Source of the DNA: Promethearchaeota archaeon
GTDB taxonomy: Archaea; Asgardarchaeota; Heimdallarchaeia; Hodarchaeales; Hodarchaeaceae
Direction of reading: 5' to 3'
Assembly (NCBI GenBank): GCA_048938105.1
Contig: JBHLMN010000028.1
Location: 1-62,941, forward strand
Length of the DNA: 62,941 nt
A program made the position numbers and the translations under genes. Below are positions 29,206 to 39,754 of this stretch, piece after piece. The number at the start of each line of letters is the position of its first letter. Positions within the stretch are counted from its first letter, which is position 1. The notes under the pieces were generated by a model. The model made no database searches. It saw only the letters and a list, made by a program, of their open reading frames with translations, and was not told the DNA's origin.

Positions 29206-31131
29206 ATGTGGAAGAAAGAAAGAGTATTTATGTTGTTAATAGTGTTTTTCAGTCCACTTCTCATTCCAAGGGAAATTTCCGATCACATTCAAGCGAAACC
29301 AGAAGGGAGAGAACTAGAATGGTTCTATGATCATTTAACATCAGAAGATCGTAAGAAAATCCGCCAAGCCATGGATTATTGTATCCAAAGGGAGTGGATC
29401 ATTAAAAAATTGTATCGTGGACATGCTATGTCTATCCCTTCACCTATTGGAGTGAATTTTGTTGGTGTGTATGATAACACCGTTACTGCTAGAACATACA
29501 ACACCACTAAAGCTCTTACACTTCTAACGGAAGTATTTAATAAAACCTATAATAATAAGACTGATAATGATACGTTTACTACTGAACCTTACTTCAAAAT
29601 GTCGCTTATTGTCCCATCGAGTAATAGGTTAAGTACTTCTTGGGGAGACATGATTGATGATTGGTTTAATAACATTGGAATCGATGTGGAAATAATATTT
29701 TTGAATTGGAATTATATTCTATCCCGTATTTTCCATGATCCAGTGGAAACTGGGTTTGATTATGCACATGGTGGTTTTGATGCTCTCGTGATGACTTGGG
29801 ATATGAATGTTGATCCTGATTTACATCGATTATATAACAAAGAATACTTTCCTTCCATTTTAAATGATTCCCTCCCAAACAATTATTATTGGATTGAGAA
29901 CGAAGAGATTGAAGAGATCTGGGATAGAGCACTCAACTCAATCAAGATTAATGATCGAATTCAAGCACTAAAGGATTACCAGGCATGGCATAAGAAAAAT
30001 GTCCCTGCGTCAATTATTTGCCAAGAAAAGTCATATTTTGGCGTTAATAAAAACTTAGGTGGCTTTGACTTCTTTCTAGGTTATAATATTCAAAATTGGA
30101 CAATACAAGATCAGATTTCCGCAACTATTATACAAGATAGCCCCCTTTATCACTATGTTAACCTTAATCCATTAATATGCAACAATTATCATACACAAGT
30201 TATTCTTGACAACATCTTCTGTAGCCTCGCTCGGAGAAGAGGGGCATACAATCTCACTCATGCTGTACCATGGTTAGCTGAATCATATATACCCAGTACT
30301 GATTATCTTACATGGGACGTTAAGCTCCGAGAAGGAATCCGCTGGGAAGATGGGACTGAAGTGACTGCGGATGACGTAGTATTTACCTATCAGATGGCTA
30401 TGGATAAGGATGTAGCCTGCCCTATTAAAGAACTCCTCCTGAATATTCTTGGTTCTTCTGATAATGTGAAAAAAATAGACTCCTACAATGTTAAGTTTAC
30501 CTTACCCCAATTCTATCCCTATGTGGAAACAGTCTTATTCACTTTAAGCATATTACAGAAAGCTGAAATGTCACAGGTTATATCCAAAAATTGGAAAACT
30601 GACGATACTAACGTCAAACGTTCGCCAATGGGTTGTGGGGCATATAAATTCAATTCATCCTCACCCGATACATTTTTTGACACCATTATTATTGAAAAAA
30701 ACCCCTATTATAATGAGACAAAGATGGGTCACAATCCAAACATGGTTGGTGGTGGTAATTGGCTTCCTACTCCTACCATCACTACTGCTACTTTTAAATG
30801 TATTGCTGATGTTTCTACAACTATTACTGGTTTAAATGACGGTCTATACGACGTCATTGGCCCTTATGAAATTCTCTTTTTCGGTGATAGTAATAAGGTT
30901 GATGAGATCAATGCTAGCGATTTAGGAAAGCTGATTCCAACCCTCGGATGGAGTTATGAAGAAATAGGTTATAACCAGTACTCACCTATCTGGGGGATGA
31001 ATCCCCACGATCCCCGCGAGATGTACCCCCCAGAACCTTGGTTTCCTCCATCATGGTTTGGTAGAACGCTATTGTTTGTAATAATTCTCTCAGTCGTTAT
31101 TATTGTTATTAAGAAGCAAAAGAACGTATGA
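29206..31131 (+). CDS. Circularly permuted family-5 solute-binding protein with C-terminal TM
   Basis: IRQAMDYCI and NNYYWIEN precede PWLAES..WEDGTEVTADDVVFT and PMGCGAY. Confidence 0.85.
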   Translation: MWKKERVFMLLIVFFSPLLIPREISDHIQAKPEGRELEWFYDHLTSEDRKKIRQAMDYCIQREWIIKKLYRGHAMSIPSPIGVNFVGVYDNTVTARTYNTTKALTLLTEVFNKTYNNKTDNDTFTTEPYFKMSLIVPSSNRLSTSWGDMIDDWFNNIGIDVEIIFLNWNYILSRIFHDPVETGFDYAHGGFDALVMTWDMNVDPDLHRLYNKEYFPSILNDSLPNNYYWIENEEIEEIWDRALNSIKINDRIQALKDYQAWHKKNVPASIICQEKSYFGVNKNLGGFDFFLGYNIQNWTIQDQISATIIQDSPLYHYVNLNPLICNNYHTQVILDNIFCSLARRRGAYNLTHAVPWLAESYIPSTDYLTWDVKLREGIRWEDGTEVTADDVVFTYQMAMDKDVACPIKELLLNILGSSDNVKKIDSYNVKFTLPQFYPYVETVLFTLSILQKAEMSQVISKNWKTDDTNVKRSPMGCGAYKFNSSSPDTFFDTIIIEKNPYYNETKMGHNPNMVGGGNWLPTPTITTATFKCIADVSTTITGLNDGLYDVIGPYEILFFGDSNKVDEINASDLGKLIPTLGWSYEEIGYNQYSPIWGMNPHDPREMYPPEPWFPPSWFGRTLLFVIILSVVIIVIKKQKNV

Positions 31132-31555
31132 TTTACCTTTTAAACCAGTTTTTCTTAGATAGAAATGTGGAATCATGATGAAATGGCTTTTAACATCATA
31201 TAAATTATTGGATAAACTAATAAAGTAACGACATACACTAAAGAGAAAACAATATATAGATTACTCCAGCAAATGCTTGTTTTAAATCTTCATTCTAGAC
31301 TTTTAGTTCATCATAGAATTAGTAAAAAGAAAGATGTGATTTTATAACAACAAATTAGAATTGTGTAGTTTTATGTTTATCGTACTAAAGGTTTATTCGC
31401 CTTAGTTTAGAATATTTTAAAATAAAACCACCAATACAATTAGATTTTTGGTATAGAAAACCTTAAAGCAGTCGGGTCATCTGTGTGAAAGCATACATTA
31501 AGTTATATATAAAATGCTAGACTTATCCAAGGTTATTTGTATTATTTCGAGGTTT

Positions 31556-32029
31556 TTAAAATGTCAGCTCATCTAACAGCTTCTCATAGTCCTCTTGGGA
31601 TAATTTTACTGATTTTTCAACCATTTCTTGTTGTTTTGTTTCAATTTTTTCTGCTGCTTTCCAAAGATCTAGTTGCTGAGTGATATTACTACTTAATGCC
31701 TTAAGAGCTGCTTTTAACTTCTTGATCGAGATATTCTTATATGTTATGACAATTAGAACATGCTCCTTGGTAACGCCAAATAAGCAGAGATTATTCTCTG
31801 GGAAGTCTGCCAAATTGAATCCCAGCGGTCCAAGCTTTAATTCAGACATACCCAGATATAACGCCGTAGAAATTGAGGCAAATCCTTCGAAATCTGAGTG
31901 AATTCCAGTTTCTTTTGTCACTTTCGATATGATCAATCCAGTTGCGTCTGAAAGCATTATTTGCTTTATCCCTGGAGTTACATCAATGAATTTTACTAAA
32001 AGATCGTTAATAGCATTATTGATATCCAT
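31556..32029 (-). CDS. Roadblock/LC7 domain protein
   Basis: PGIKQIMLSDATGLII..FASISTALY roadblock pattern. Start taken at ATG 32029. Confidence 0.82.
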   Translation of the reverse strand: MDINNAINDLLVKFIDVTPGIKQIMLSDATGLIISKVTKETGIHSDFEGFASISTALYLGMSELKLGPLGFNLADFPENNLCLFGVTKEHVLIVITYKNISIKKLKAALKALSSNITQQLDLWKAAEKIETKQQEMVEKSVKLSQEDYEKLLDELTF

Positions 32030-32158
32030 AGTACTCCAAAATATACAATTACTTAATAACATTCATATTATTACTGTGTTCAATAACAATCTAGAATTGA
32101 TAATTTTTCAGGAAATCTTTTTTTTCACTGGTTTACGTGAAATAATTAGGAGTAATGG

Positions 32159-33037
32159 TTGATGACGATTGTAACTGGCGAGGAGCTTGCAGCTCAAAAG
32201 TACATTTCGAACCCAGAGATTAATATAACTCTCCAATTAGCTTTAAAGTTAAATCGTCCCATTCTAGTCGAAGGACCAGCAGGAACAGGTAAAACTAGTA
32301 TAGCAATTTCTATGGCTCAAGCTTTAAATTGGAAATTGTTCAGAATCCAATGTTATGAAGGAATAACTTTTGAAAGTGTCATTGGGGAGTTCGATTATAA
32401 GCGACAATTACTTCACATTGAATTAGAGAGACAGAGGCATTCGTCAACGACCTCATTAGATTTGGAAGACATTTTTTCAAAGAAATTTTTCATTGAAAGG
32501 CCACTTTTTCTTTCTTTTATTGAAAATGATCCCAATATTTTACTGATAGACGAAATTGATAAGTCTGATGAAGAATTTGAGGCTTTTCTCTTGGAAGCAC
32601 TTGGAGAAAGACAAATAACAATTCCTGAATTAGGAACTTTTCATTCAAACAATGAAAATCAGATCGTAATATTAACTAGTAACTCTAGTCGTGACTTAAG
32701 TGAACCTCTTCGAAGAAGATGTCTTTACTTATATATCGATTTTCCCACATCAGAGCGTGAACGGCAAATCCTTGCAGTTCATACAGGGAAAAATTTCGAT
32801 GATCCACTACTTAAGAGTATTTCAGGGATTGTACATCAAATTAGGCAATATGATCTCCGTAAAGTACCCTCTATTGCTGAGACGATTGATTGGACGAAGG
32901 CATTAATTCTTCTAGGTAAAGAACACATTGATGAACAAGCTTTGAAAGAGACCATTACAGTTCTTCTAAAATATCAAGAAGATATTAATCGATTAGAGAC
33001 CCAATTAAAAGAAATCATTCGTTTGGGAACAGCATAA
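32159..33037 (+). CDS. MoxR-family AAA+ ATPase (CoxD-like)
   Basis: EGPAGTGKT, RIQCYEG, LLIDEIDKSDEEFEAFLLE, LRRRC. Confidence 0.93.
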   Translation: MMTIVTGEELAAQKYISNPEINITLQLALKLNRPILVEGPAGTGKTSIAISMAQALNWKLFRIQCYEGITFESVIGEFDYKRQLLHIELERQRHSSTTSLDLEDIFSKKFFIERPLFLSFIENDPNILLIDEIDKSDEEFEAFLLEALGERQITIPELGTFHSNNENQIVILTSNSSRDLSEPLRRRCLYLYIDFPTSERERQILAVHTGKNFDDPLLKSISGIVHQIRQYDLRKVPSIAETIDWTKALILLGKEHIDEQALKETITVLLKYQEDINRLETQLKEIIRLGTA

Positions 33038-33044
33038 GGGGGTT

Positions 33045-34466
33045 ATGCAAACGGGAGTAATCCTAGATTTTGTTTCTATGTTAAGATATCTTGGATTACC
33101 TGTTTCCCCCGATGAGACTATTACAGCACAAAAGGCGTATCAGATTTTGGGAGCAAAAGAAAAGGAAGCATTACAGCTAGGTTTAAGAGCAGCTATTGTG
33201 AAAAAGTGGGAAGATTTTCATATTTTTGACATTGCATTCGATTCCTTTTTTTTTCATAAAACAGCTGCTTCTTCAGGGGGTCGTTTTCAACAGGCGTTTG
33301 AACGAGCTAAAAACAGATTCTTTAAACGATTAGAGGAAACACCTTACCAAGAAATTGGCCATCTGCTGTTAGATAACCAAATCAAACAAGCGATTCAAAC
33401 TGCAGAGATGATGAGTGGGGAAGGAATAAGCTTTTCTTCGGGTCAATCGATGGTTAATGGATTCATTAATCTTCAAAATAGTCTTCAACGTGCTTTTCGT
33501 CTTGCTTTTGGTGTTAGAATCCCTATTCGTGATTTAAGCTCAGAACAACGTCGCGAATTACCAGAATATACTATCCGAATAGGAGTAAATCTCCAATTAT
33601 TCGAACAATTGATGTATAAAAGACTTCAAATGCTTCAAGAAGATCCCACTGAACTAGTACAGTTACAACAAGAAAAACCAGCTGACATTTCTCCAATAGC
33701 CTCTTTTCTATATCGTGATCTCTCGTATCTTTCTATTGCTGTCTCGAATGTGAAAGAACATCTTATTAAAATGGGTAATATTCTAGCTTCACGAGAAAAA
33801 CGCCGTCGGAAACATGCAAAATATGGCAAACTTGATTTTCGTCGAACATTTCGTAAAAATCTATCCAATAATGGAATCCCTCTTAATCTTGTCCAGAAAC
33901 AAAGAAGAATTCAAGATCCCGAAATTATTATTCTCAATGACGTCTCGGGATCTACTCGCTGGGTAGCAGATTGGTTCTTTGTTATTACTTACGCTGCTCA
34001 GAGTGTGTTTAGAAAAGTTAGAATATTTGAATTCGACAATACAATGGTTGAGGTCACCAAAGCTCTGGATCGAAAGACTATTAATCGAGCTTTGGAGGAG
34101 AGAAGTCTATGCTGGGAAAACACAATTCGCTCCCGAAGAATTCATTCTGATTATCAATCATCTCTAGAAGATTTTTTTCAACTGACTAAATATCGGCCAA
34201 TATCACGACGAACTACGGTGTTAATTCTTGGTGACTGTCGAGATTATGATGGGATGTGGACTATCTCAAGACCAATTAGTGCAGAATTATTAGAAAGAAT
34301 AGTTCTACCTGCAAAAAGAGTCATTATATTAAATCCAGAGGAGAAAACTTTGTGGAATACTGGGGATTCAGTAGTGAAGCATTTCCAAGCTGTAGGGGCA
34401 GAAGTACATCATGTAAGTACTTTAAACGATTTGATAGAGTTTGTGTTTAAATTAAAACGTCAGTAA
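33045..34466 (+). CDS. VWA domain protein (CoxE-like)
   Basis: LDFRRTFRKNL, MIDAS DVSGS, ILGDCR, LNPE..WNTGDS. Confidence 0.9.
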   Translation: MQTGVILDFVSMLRYLGLPVSPDETITAQKAYQILGAKEKEALQLGLRAAIVKKWEDFHIFDIAFDSFFFHKTAASSGGRFQQAFERAKNRFFKRLEETPYQEIGHLLLDNQIKQAIQTAEMMSGEGISFSSGQSMVNGFINLQNSLQRAFRLAFGVRIPIRDLSSEQRRELPEYTIRIGVNLQLFEQLMYKRLQMLQEDPTELVQLQQEKPADISPIASFLYRDLSYLSIAVSNVKEHLIKMGNILASREKRRRKHAKYGKLDFRRTFRKNLSNNGIPLNLVQKQRRIQDPEIIILNDVSGSTRWVADWFFVITYAAQSVFRKVRIFEFDNTMVEVTKALDRKTINRALEERSLCWENTIRSRRIHSDYQSSLEDFFQLTKYRPISRRTTVLILGDCRDYDGMWTISRPISAELLERIVLPAKRVIILNPEEKTLWNTGDSVVKHFQAVGAEVHHVSTLNDLIEFVFKLKRQ

Positions 34467-34490
34467 AACCAAAAATTTAAATTAAAACTT

Positions 34491-35006
34491 TTAAGAATCT
34501 CTCTTTTTACTAAAACGAATGCTTAAGATTATAATACCAGCGAAAAAACTTAGAGTACATATTGAATAAATGAGGATTCCAGGGACAACTCCATACCAGG
34601 GATTACCTATTCCAAATGGGTAAACTAGATCCATTTCAGGATATAAGGGAGTGTCAAGAATAATATGAGAAAAAGTTCCTATAAAAGCGCTAAGAAGCGA
34701 ACACCTAAGAGAGTACTGAGGAATTGCAATCGGTAGTTCTAAGTGGAGTCGTTCTACTATAAATGGAATAATATGGGTAAAAACCATCCAAGAGCAAGTT
34801 CCAACAATTAAGCCTAAAAAAATTGCCCCTGTGAACGAATGTAAGGGGCCATGTAGAGGCAGTCCCCTTCCTGGTAATATAAACCACGCAGTGATTCCTT
34901 CAATATCAGGAATGACACTTCCAATGAAAAGTGCTAAAGGATCTAAAAAGAGTAATAACGACTGAATAAGAAGACTAATTCCCCAATGAAAAGGTGTGAA
35001 TGGCAA
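34491..35006 (-). CDS. Membrane-bound metal-dependent hydrolase (DUF4184/YdjM-like)
   Basis: MPFTPFH, IPDIE, HGPLHS, SHIILD. Confidence 0.8.
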   Translation of the reverse strand: MPFTPFHWGISLLIQSLLLFLDPLALFIGSVIPDIEGITAWFILPGRGLPLHGPLHSFTGAIFLGLIVGTCSWMVFTHIIPFIVERLHLELPIAIPQYSLRCSLLSAFIGTFSHIILDTPLYPEMDLVYPFGIGNPWYGVVPGILIYSICTLSFFAGIIILSIRFSKKRDS

Positions 35007-35238
35007 ATTAATCCTCTTAGTTTTTTTTTGAAATCTTTTCTAATAAAAATCTTACTAGTTTTTCATCCTTAAGTAACAAATTGATAACAACTAAATATAG
35101 GTGTACTGCAAAGTATATTAAATACACGCGTAAAATACATTTAGTATAAAATTATAATAGATTGTATTTAGTTTCAGTGATTACTTCATGGTTTTCAGAA
35201 GTTTGAGTAAATAATCATGGAATTTAGGAGTTGAATCA

Positions 35239-35994
35239 GTGCCCTATACACTAGCAGTCATCTCAGATATTCATGCGAATATCATGGCATTGGATGCTGT
35301 ATTGAAAGATATTGAAAAGAATTTTCCAGAAGTGATAGAGTATCTATGCCCAGGAGACCTTGTTGGATATGGCCCTAATCCTGTTGAAGTAATAAACAGA
35401 GTCATCAATGAAACAAAATTCGTAGCTATAACAAAAGGTAATCACGACCATGCCATAGGAGGTGGAGGTAGAGATATCGCTAATTTTGCCACGTATATTG
35501 GTAATTTTAATAGTCACGCTCAAGAAGCAATTAAATGGCAAGCTCAAAAACTAACCCCTGAAGAAAAAACACTCTTGTATCAATTACCCAGCTCAAGAAC
35601 TGTGCCTTACAATGAGATCAGCATTTCAATCATTCATGGTTCCCCTCAATATCCTCTGAATGAATATATTAGGCCAAATACTCCTGAACAAAAGGATCTT
35701 TTTCCATTCATGGAATTATTCGAGATAGGAATATTACTACTAGGCCACACACACATTCCCTTCATTGACAAGAGTCAATCATCTGAAACAGGTCAAGATA
35801 TTTTGATGTGTAATCCTGGAAGTGTAGGCCAACCTCGTGATAGAGATCCTAGAGCTAGTTATGCTGTACTCGATTTAGAAACAATCTCTGCTGAGATAAT
35901 TAGAGTTGAATACGATATCGATGAAGTAATAAAAAGAATTGATGAAGCTGGATTACCAACATTTCTGGGTGAACGATTACAAAAAGGAACATAA
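35239..35994 (+). CDS. Metallophosphoesterase (YfcE/ApaH-like)
   Basis: SDIHAN, GDLVGYGPNP, GNHD, HGSP, GHTH, NPGSVGQPRD. Confidence 0.92.
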   Translation: MPYTLAVISDIHANIMALDAVLKDIEKNFPEVIEYLCPGDLVGYGPNPVEVINRVINETKFVAITKGNHDHAIGGGGRDIANFATYIGNFNSHAQEAIKWQAQKLTPEEKTLLYQLPSSRTVPYNEISISIIHGSPQYPLNEYIRPNTPEQKDLFPFMELFEIGILLLGHTHIPFIDKSQSSETGQDILMCNPGSVGQPRDRDPRASYAVLDLETISAEIIRVEYDIDEVIKRIDEAGLPTFLGERLQKGT

Positions 35995-36016
35995 TTCGCA
36001 CATTGTGGTATTTAAA

Positions 36017-36550
36017 ATGTCAATAGAACTAGAAGATGATGTATGGTGTTTTAAAATCGTCATTGCTGGAGAGGCCTCGGTTGGAAAGACTACATTAGTC
36101 AATCGTTATATCGCTGATAAATTTACTTCCGAATATAAGGCAACTATAGGCGTAGATATTTTCACTAGAGATGTGATTTTGCAAAAAGATGATAATCTCC
36201 ATGTGAGGCTCCTAGTGTGGGATATTGCAGGCCAGTCATTATTTCGAGGTTTTAGAAGAAAATTCTTCGAAAATGCTCGAAGCGCGCTTCTGGTATTCGA
36301 TTTAACAGCACCTAGGACTCTAAATCTCCTTGATATATGGATAAAAGACATTCTTGAAGTAGCTGGTGATGTACCCTTAATTCTAATAGGTAATAAGTCA
36401 GATTTAGAGGAGCTCATTGAATTTGAACCAGAGGAAATTAGTAATTTTATAGATCAACATTCAAATATTGTGTTAAATTACAATACTTCTGCTCTTTCTG
36501 GCGAGAATGTCGAAGCAGCTTTTCTTGGTTTAATTTCTCAACTCATGTAG
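36017..36550 (+). CDS. Rab-like small GTPase
   Basis: GEASVGKT, YKATIGVDIF, WDIAGQ, LVFDLT, NKSD, TSAL. ATG 36017 chosen over the overlapping upstream start. Confidence 0.93.
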   Translation: MSIELEDDVWCFKIVIAGEASVGKTTLVNRYIADKFTSEYKATIGVDIFTRDVILQKDDNLHVRLLVWDIAGQSLFRGFRRKFFENARSALLVFDLTAPRTLNLLDIWIKDILEVAGDVPLILIGNKSDLEELIEFEPEEISNFIDQHSNIVLNYNTSALSGENVEAAFLGLISQLM

Positions 36551-36708
36551 TGAATCACAGAAATTCCATTCACTGCTTTAAACTTCAAATGCTTCATTGG
36601 ATTGAATCATGATAATTTTAGAATGTATTTAATAAAGGTTTATAAGGAGGAGGATAGTTAGAAACTTAATCGCTTGAAGGAAGGATAAACATACTCGAGG
36701 TAGACTAA

Positions 36709-37221
36709 TTGAAGTTTAAAATAGTGTTAGCGGGGGATGGAGCGGTGGGGAAGACTTCATTAATTAATCGCTTTGTTACAGGTTCTTTCACAGGAGACTA
36801 TAAGGCTACGATCGGTGTAGCTATAACTTCAAAAAGTCTCGTTATTCAAGATCAGGAAATATACTTACAAATATGGGATATCGCTGGCCAAACACTTTTC
36901 CGTCAGTTTAGAAAAAAATTCTATACTAAGGCTAAAGGAGCTTTGTTAGTCTTTGATTTAACGGTCCCTAAGAGTTTAGATAATCTTCACTCCTGGATAA
37001 TAGATATCCAAGATATTACAGCAGAGATTCCATTCGTATTGATTGGGAATAAGCTGGATTTAACTGAACTTCGCGCTGTATCTCAACAAGAAATAGCACG
37101 GTTTATGGAAGACAATGCGAATATTGCTGCTTACTTTGATACTTCTGCGCTTACTGGAGAAAGCGTTGAAAGTGCCTTTAATGAATTAGTTTCCCAAATC
37201 TCATCCTTCTATTATCCATAG
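36709..37221 (+). CDS. Rab-like small GTPase
   Basis: GDGAVGKT, YKATIG, WDIAGQ, NKLD, TSAL; TTG start after GAGG. Confidence 0.93.
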   Translation: MKFKIVLAGDGAVGKTSLINRFVTGSFTGDYKATIGVAITSKSLVIQDQEIYLQIWDIAGQTLFRQFRKKFYTKAKGALLVFDLTVPKSLDNLHSWIIDIQDITAEIPFVLIGNKLDLTELRAVSQQEIARFMEDNANIAAYFDTSALTGESVESAFNELVSQISSFYYP

Positions 37222-37373
37222 TAAAGTATAACCTGAAATAGAATACCAAACCATTTTCTGATTAAAACACCAAAAAAGGAAATATCAAAGCTTTAATACT
37301 ACTCTAGTTTCTTAGTACATAATCTAGTTTTCTTGGTTTTATTGATATAATTCTCTGTTTAAATGTTATAACT

Positions 37374-39680
37374 GTGTTGTCAAACATGAAAATAGACGAT
37401 ATATCCGAAGATATCCCACCTCGAATTAAAAATCACATGAAGGATATTCTTAAGCAATACGATAAGAAGTACAGAGATGTATTGAACGAGCTTCGTGAAA
37501 GTGAAGAAAAATATAGGATGTTATTTAAAGAAGCTCCCATCCTCATCATATTACTTGATACAAATGGTAAGATCATTGACTGTAATGATACCATAGGAAC
37601 AATAACTGGTTTGACGAAAAAAGAAGTACTAGGGAAACATTATAAAGAAATTGGCATATTTTCTATTGAAGATCTCCCTAAATATGCCACACTCTTCAAT
37701 ACTTATTTAGAAGGATCTGATACTACACCTATTGAAGTAAGAATAAGGGATAAGAATGGTCGTATTCATTATCTTGAAGCATTTTCAAAATTAATTTTAA
37801 AGAATGATGAAGTTATATCCATTCAAGTTATTGCTCATGAAATTACACAACGGAAACTTGCGGAGGAAGCCCTAGAAAAAAGTGAGGAGATGTACAGAAA
37901 CTTAGTAGAAACAATGAAAGATGGTGTGGGTATTCTTGATAACAATGGTACAATCGTCTATGCTAACAAAAGAACTTTCGAAATGCTAGGTTATTCTCAA
38001 GACGAAGTACTTCATCATCCTGTCACAGATTTCTTAGATGAAGAAAACCAAGATATTTTGAGTAAGCAATTAATCAAAAGAAAAGCAGGAAAAATCGAAA
38101 AATATGAACTTACATGGATACGGAAAGATGGTTCTTACCTCAATACTCTGGTATCACCAAAACCTCAATTTCATGAAGATGGGACAATTAAAGGCTTTTT
38201 TGCAGTAGTAACAGATATTACAGAACGTAAGAAGACTAAAAAAGAGCTAGAAAGAGCAAAAAACGAAAGAGAACAGATATTAAATTCCTTGGTAGAACAT
38301 GTTGTTTTACAAGACTTACTACAAAGAGTTTTATGGGCAAATAAATCTGCTTGTCAATCCGTTGATAAACCACTTGACCAATTAGTAGGAAAATATTGTT
38401 TTGAAATATGGCCTCAGAGAAGAGAACCTTGCATTGGATGCCCAGTTTTTAAGGCCATTAACACAAGAGAACCACAAGAAAATGAAATTACTACCCCTGA
38501 TGGGAGAATATGGTATATTCATGGTAGTCCTGTATTTGATAAAAATGGTAAGATTATTGGTGCGGTAGAAACGACATTAGAAATTACTGAACGGAAGAAA
38601 GCAGAGATTGAACAACGTGAATCCAAAGAGAAATATCAAATGCTTGTTGAAAAACTAAGAGAGGGAGTACTATTAGAAGATGTTGGGGGATTTATTTCTT
38701 TTGTAAACCCAAGAACAGCAGAGATGTTGGGTTATTCAGAAAATGAGTTATTAGGTAAACATTATACTTTTCTTGTTCCAGAAGAGGAGCTTGTTAAAAT
38801 TAAAGCTGAATCTGCAAAACGTTCGGAGGGAATAAGTAGTACTTATGAAGCAAGTCTATTAACAAAAGATAAGCACCGTATTCCAGTTATTATTACTACC
38901 ACTTCAATTATTTCCCCAGAAGGTGAATTTAACGGAGCCCTTTCAGTCTTTATCGACATCACAGAACGGAAACAAATAGAAGAGGAAAGGAAGAAATTAA
39001 CAGAAAAACAACGAGAATTCATGGACCAAACAGCTCATGAGTTAAGAACTCCTATTACAGTTATTAAAGGGTATACCGAATTCCTTTTGAAACGTGAAAA
39101 GAATACAGAAAATAGAAATATCTTGAATACCATTATGAATAATGTTGCTCGATTAGAAGAATTAGGAATCAATGTCAGTGACCTTTATCGCATAGAAAGA
39201 GACAAATTTGAAGTATTTTTAGAAAAAATGGAGTTTTGTAACTTTTTATCAGCATTTTTAGAACCTTATCTTAAATTGTATGAAAACCAAATTCATTTTA
39301 ATAAAACCCAGTTAAATGATCAGATTTTTATTTCTGGGGATCCTAAAAGACTGAACAATGTTTTAAATAACGTTTTTGATAACGCAATTAGAAATACACC
39401 CCATGAAAATAGAAAGATAAATTTAGAACTGACTTTTACCGAAGAAAAAGTCAAGTTAATAGTAATGGATAATGGTGCCGGAATAAAATCCGAGAATATT
39501 GACAAAATATTCAATAAATTTGTATCATTTCCAACCAAATATGATATCACTGGTACTGGAATAGGCCTCTACATTGCTCGAAAAATAATTAACGCCCACA
39601 ATGGATCGATAAGCGCATACAGTGAGGGTGAGGATAAGGGAACCGAAATCACAATAAGCCTTCCACGAATGCATGAATAA
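37374..39680 (+). CDS. Multi-PAS sensor histidine kinase
   Basis: Four PAS/PAC units (one with CFE..EPCIGCP), AHELRTPI, DNGAGI, GTGIGL. Confidence 0.93.
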   Translation: MLSNMKIDDISEDIPPRIKNHMKDILKQYDKKYRDVLNELRESEEKYRMLFKEAPILIILLDTNGKIIDCNDTIGTITGLTKKEVLGKHYKEIGIFSIEDLPKYATLFNTYLEGSDTTPIEVRIRDKNGRIHYLEAFSKLILKNDEVISIQVIAHEITQRKLAEEALEKSEEMYRNLVETMKDGVGILDNNGTIVYANKRTFEMLGYSQDEVLHHPVTDFLDEENQDILSKQLIKRKAGKIEKYELTWIRKDGSYLNTLVSPKPQFHEDGTIKGFFAVVTDITERKKTKKELERAKNEREQILNSLVEHVVLQDLLQRVLWANKSACQSVDKPLDQLVGKYCFEIWPQRREPCIGCPVFKAINTREPQENEITTPDGRIWYIHGSPVFDKNGKIIGAVETTLEITERKKAEIEQRESKEKYQMLVEKLREGVLLEDVGGFISFVNPRTAEMLGYSENELLGKHYTFLVPEEELVKIKAESAKRSEGISSTYEASLLTKDKHRIPVIITTTSIISPEGEFNGALSVFIDITERKQIEEERKKLTEKQREFMDQTAHELRTPITVIKGYTEFLLKREKNTENRNILNTIMNNVARLEELGINVSDLYRIERDKFEVFLEKMEFCNFLSAFLEPYLKLYENQIHFNKTQLNDQIFISGDPKRLNNVLNNVFDNAIRNTPHENRKINLELTFTEEKVKLIVMDNGAGIKSENIDKIFNKFVSFPTKYDITGTGIGLYIARKIINAHNGSISAYSEGEDKGTEITISLPRMHE

Positions 39681-39754
39681 ATGAAAATAGCAATTCGAAA
39701 GAAAATTCCAAGGTCATTTTCTAGATATCCGTTGATCAAACATATTGAGGAACC

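Noticed and set aside
29739-29754. TCCAGTGGAAACTGGG, resembling an ORB origin box
   Set aside because: Single copy inside a coding region (DPVETG), with no cdc6/orc gene in the window.
35239-35994. Vps29 (retromer) assignment because of Rab adjacency
   Set aside because: The full catalytic motifs and NPGSVGQPRD match the widespread prokaryotic phosphoesterase family.
35939-36016. ORF-track N-terminal extension of the first Rab
   Set aside because: It overlaps the phosphoesterase gene; ATG 36017 gives a normal Rab length.
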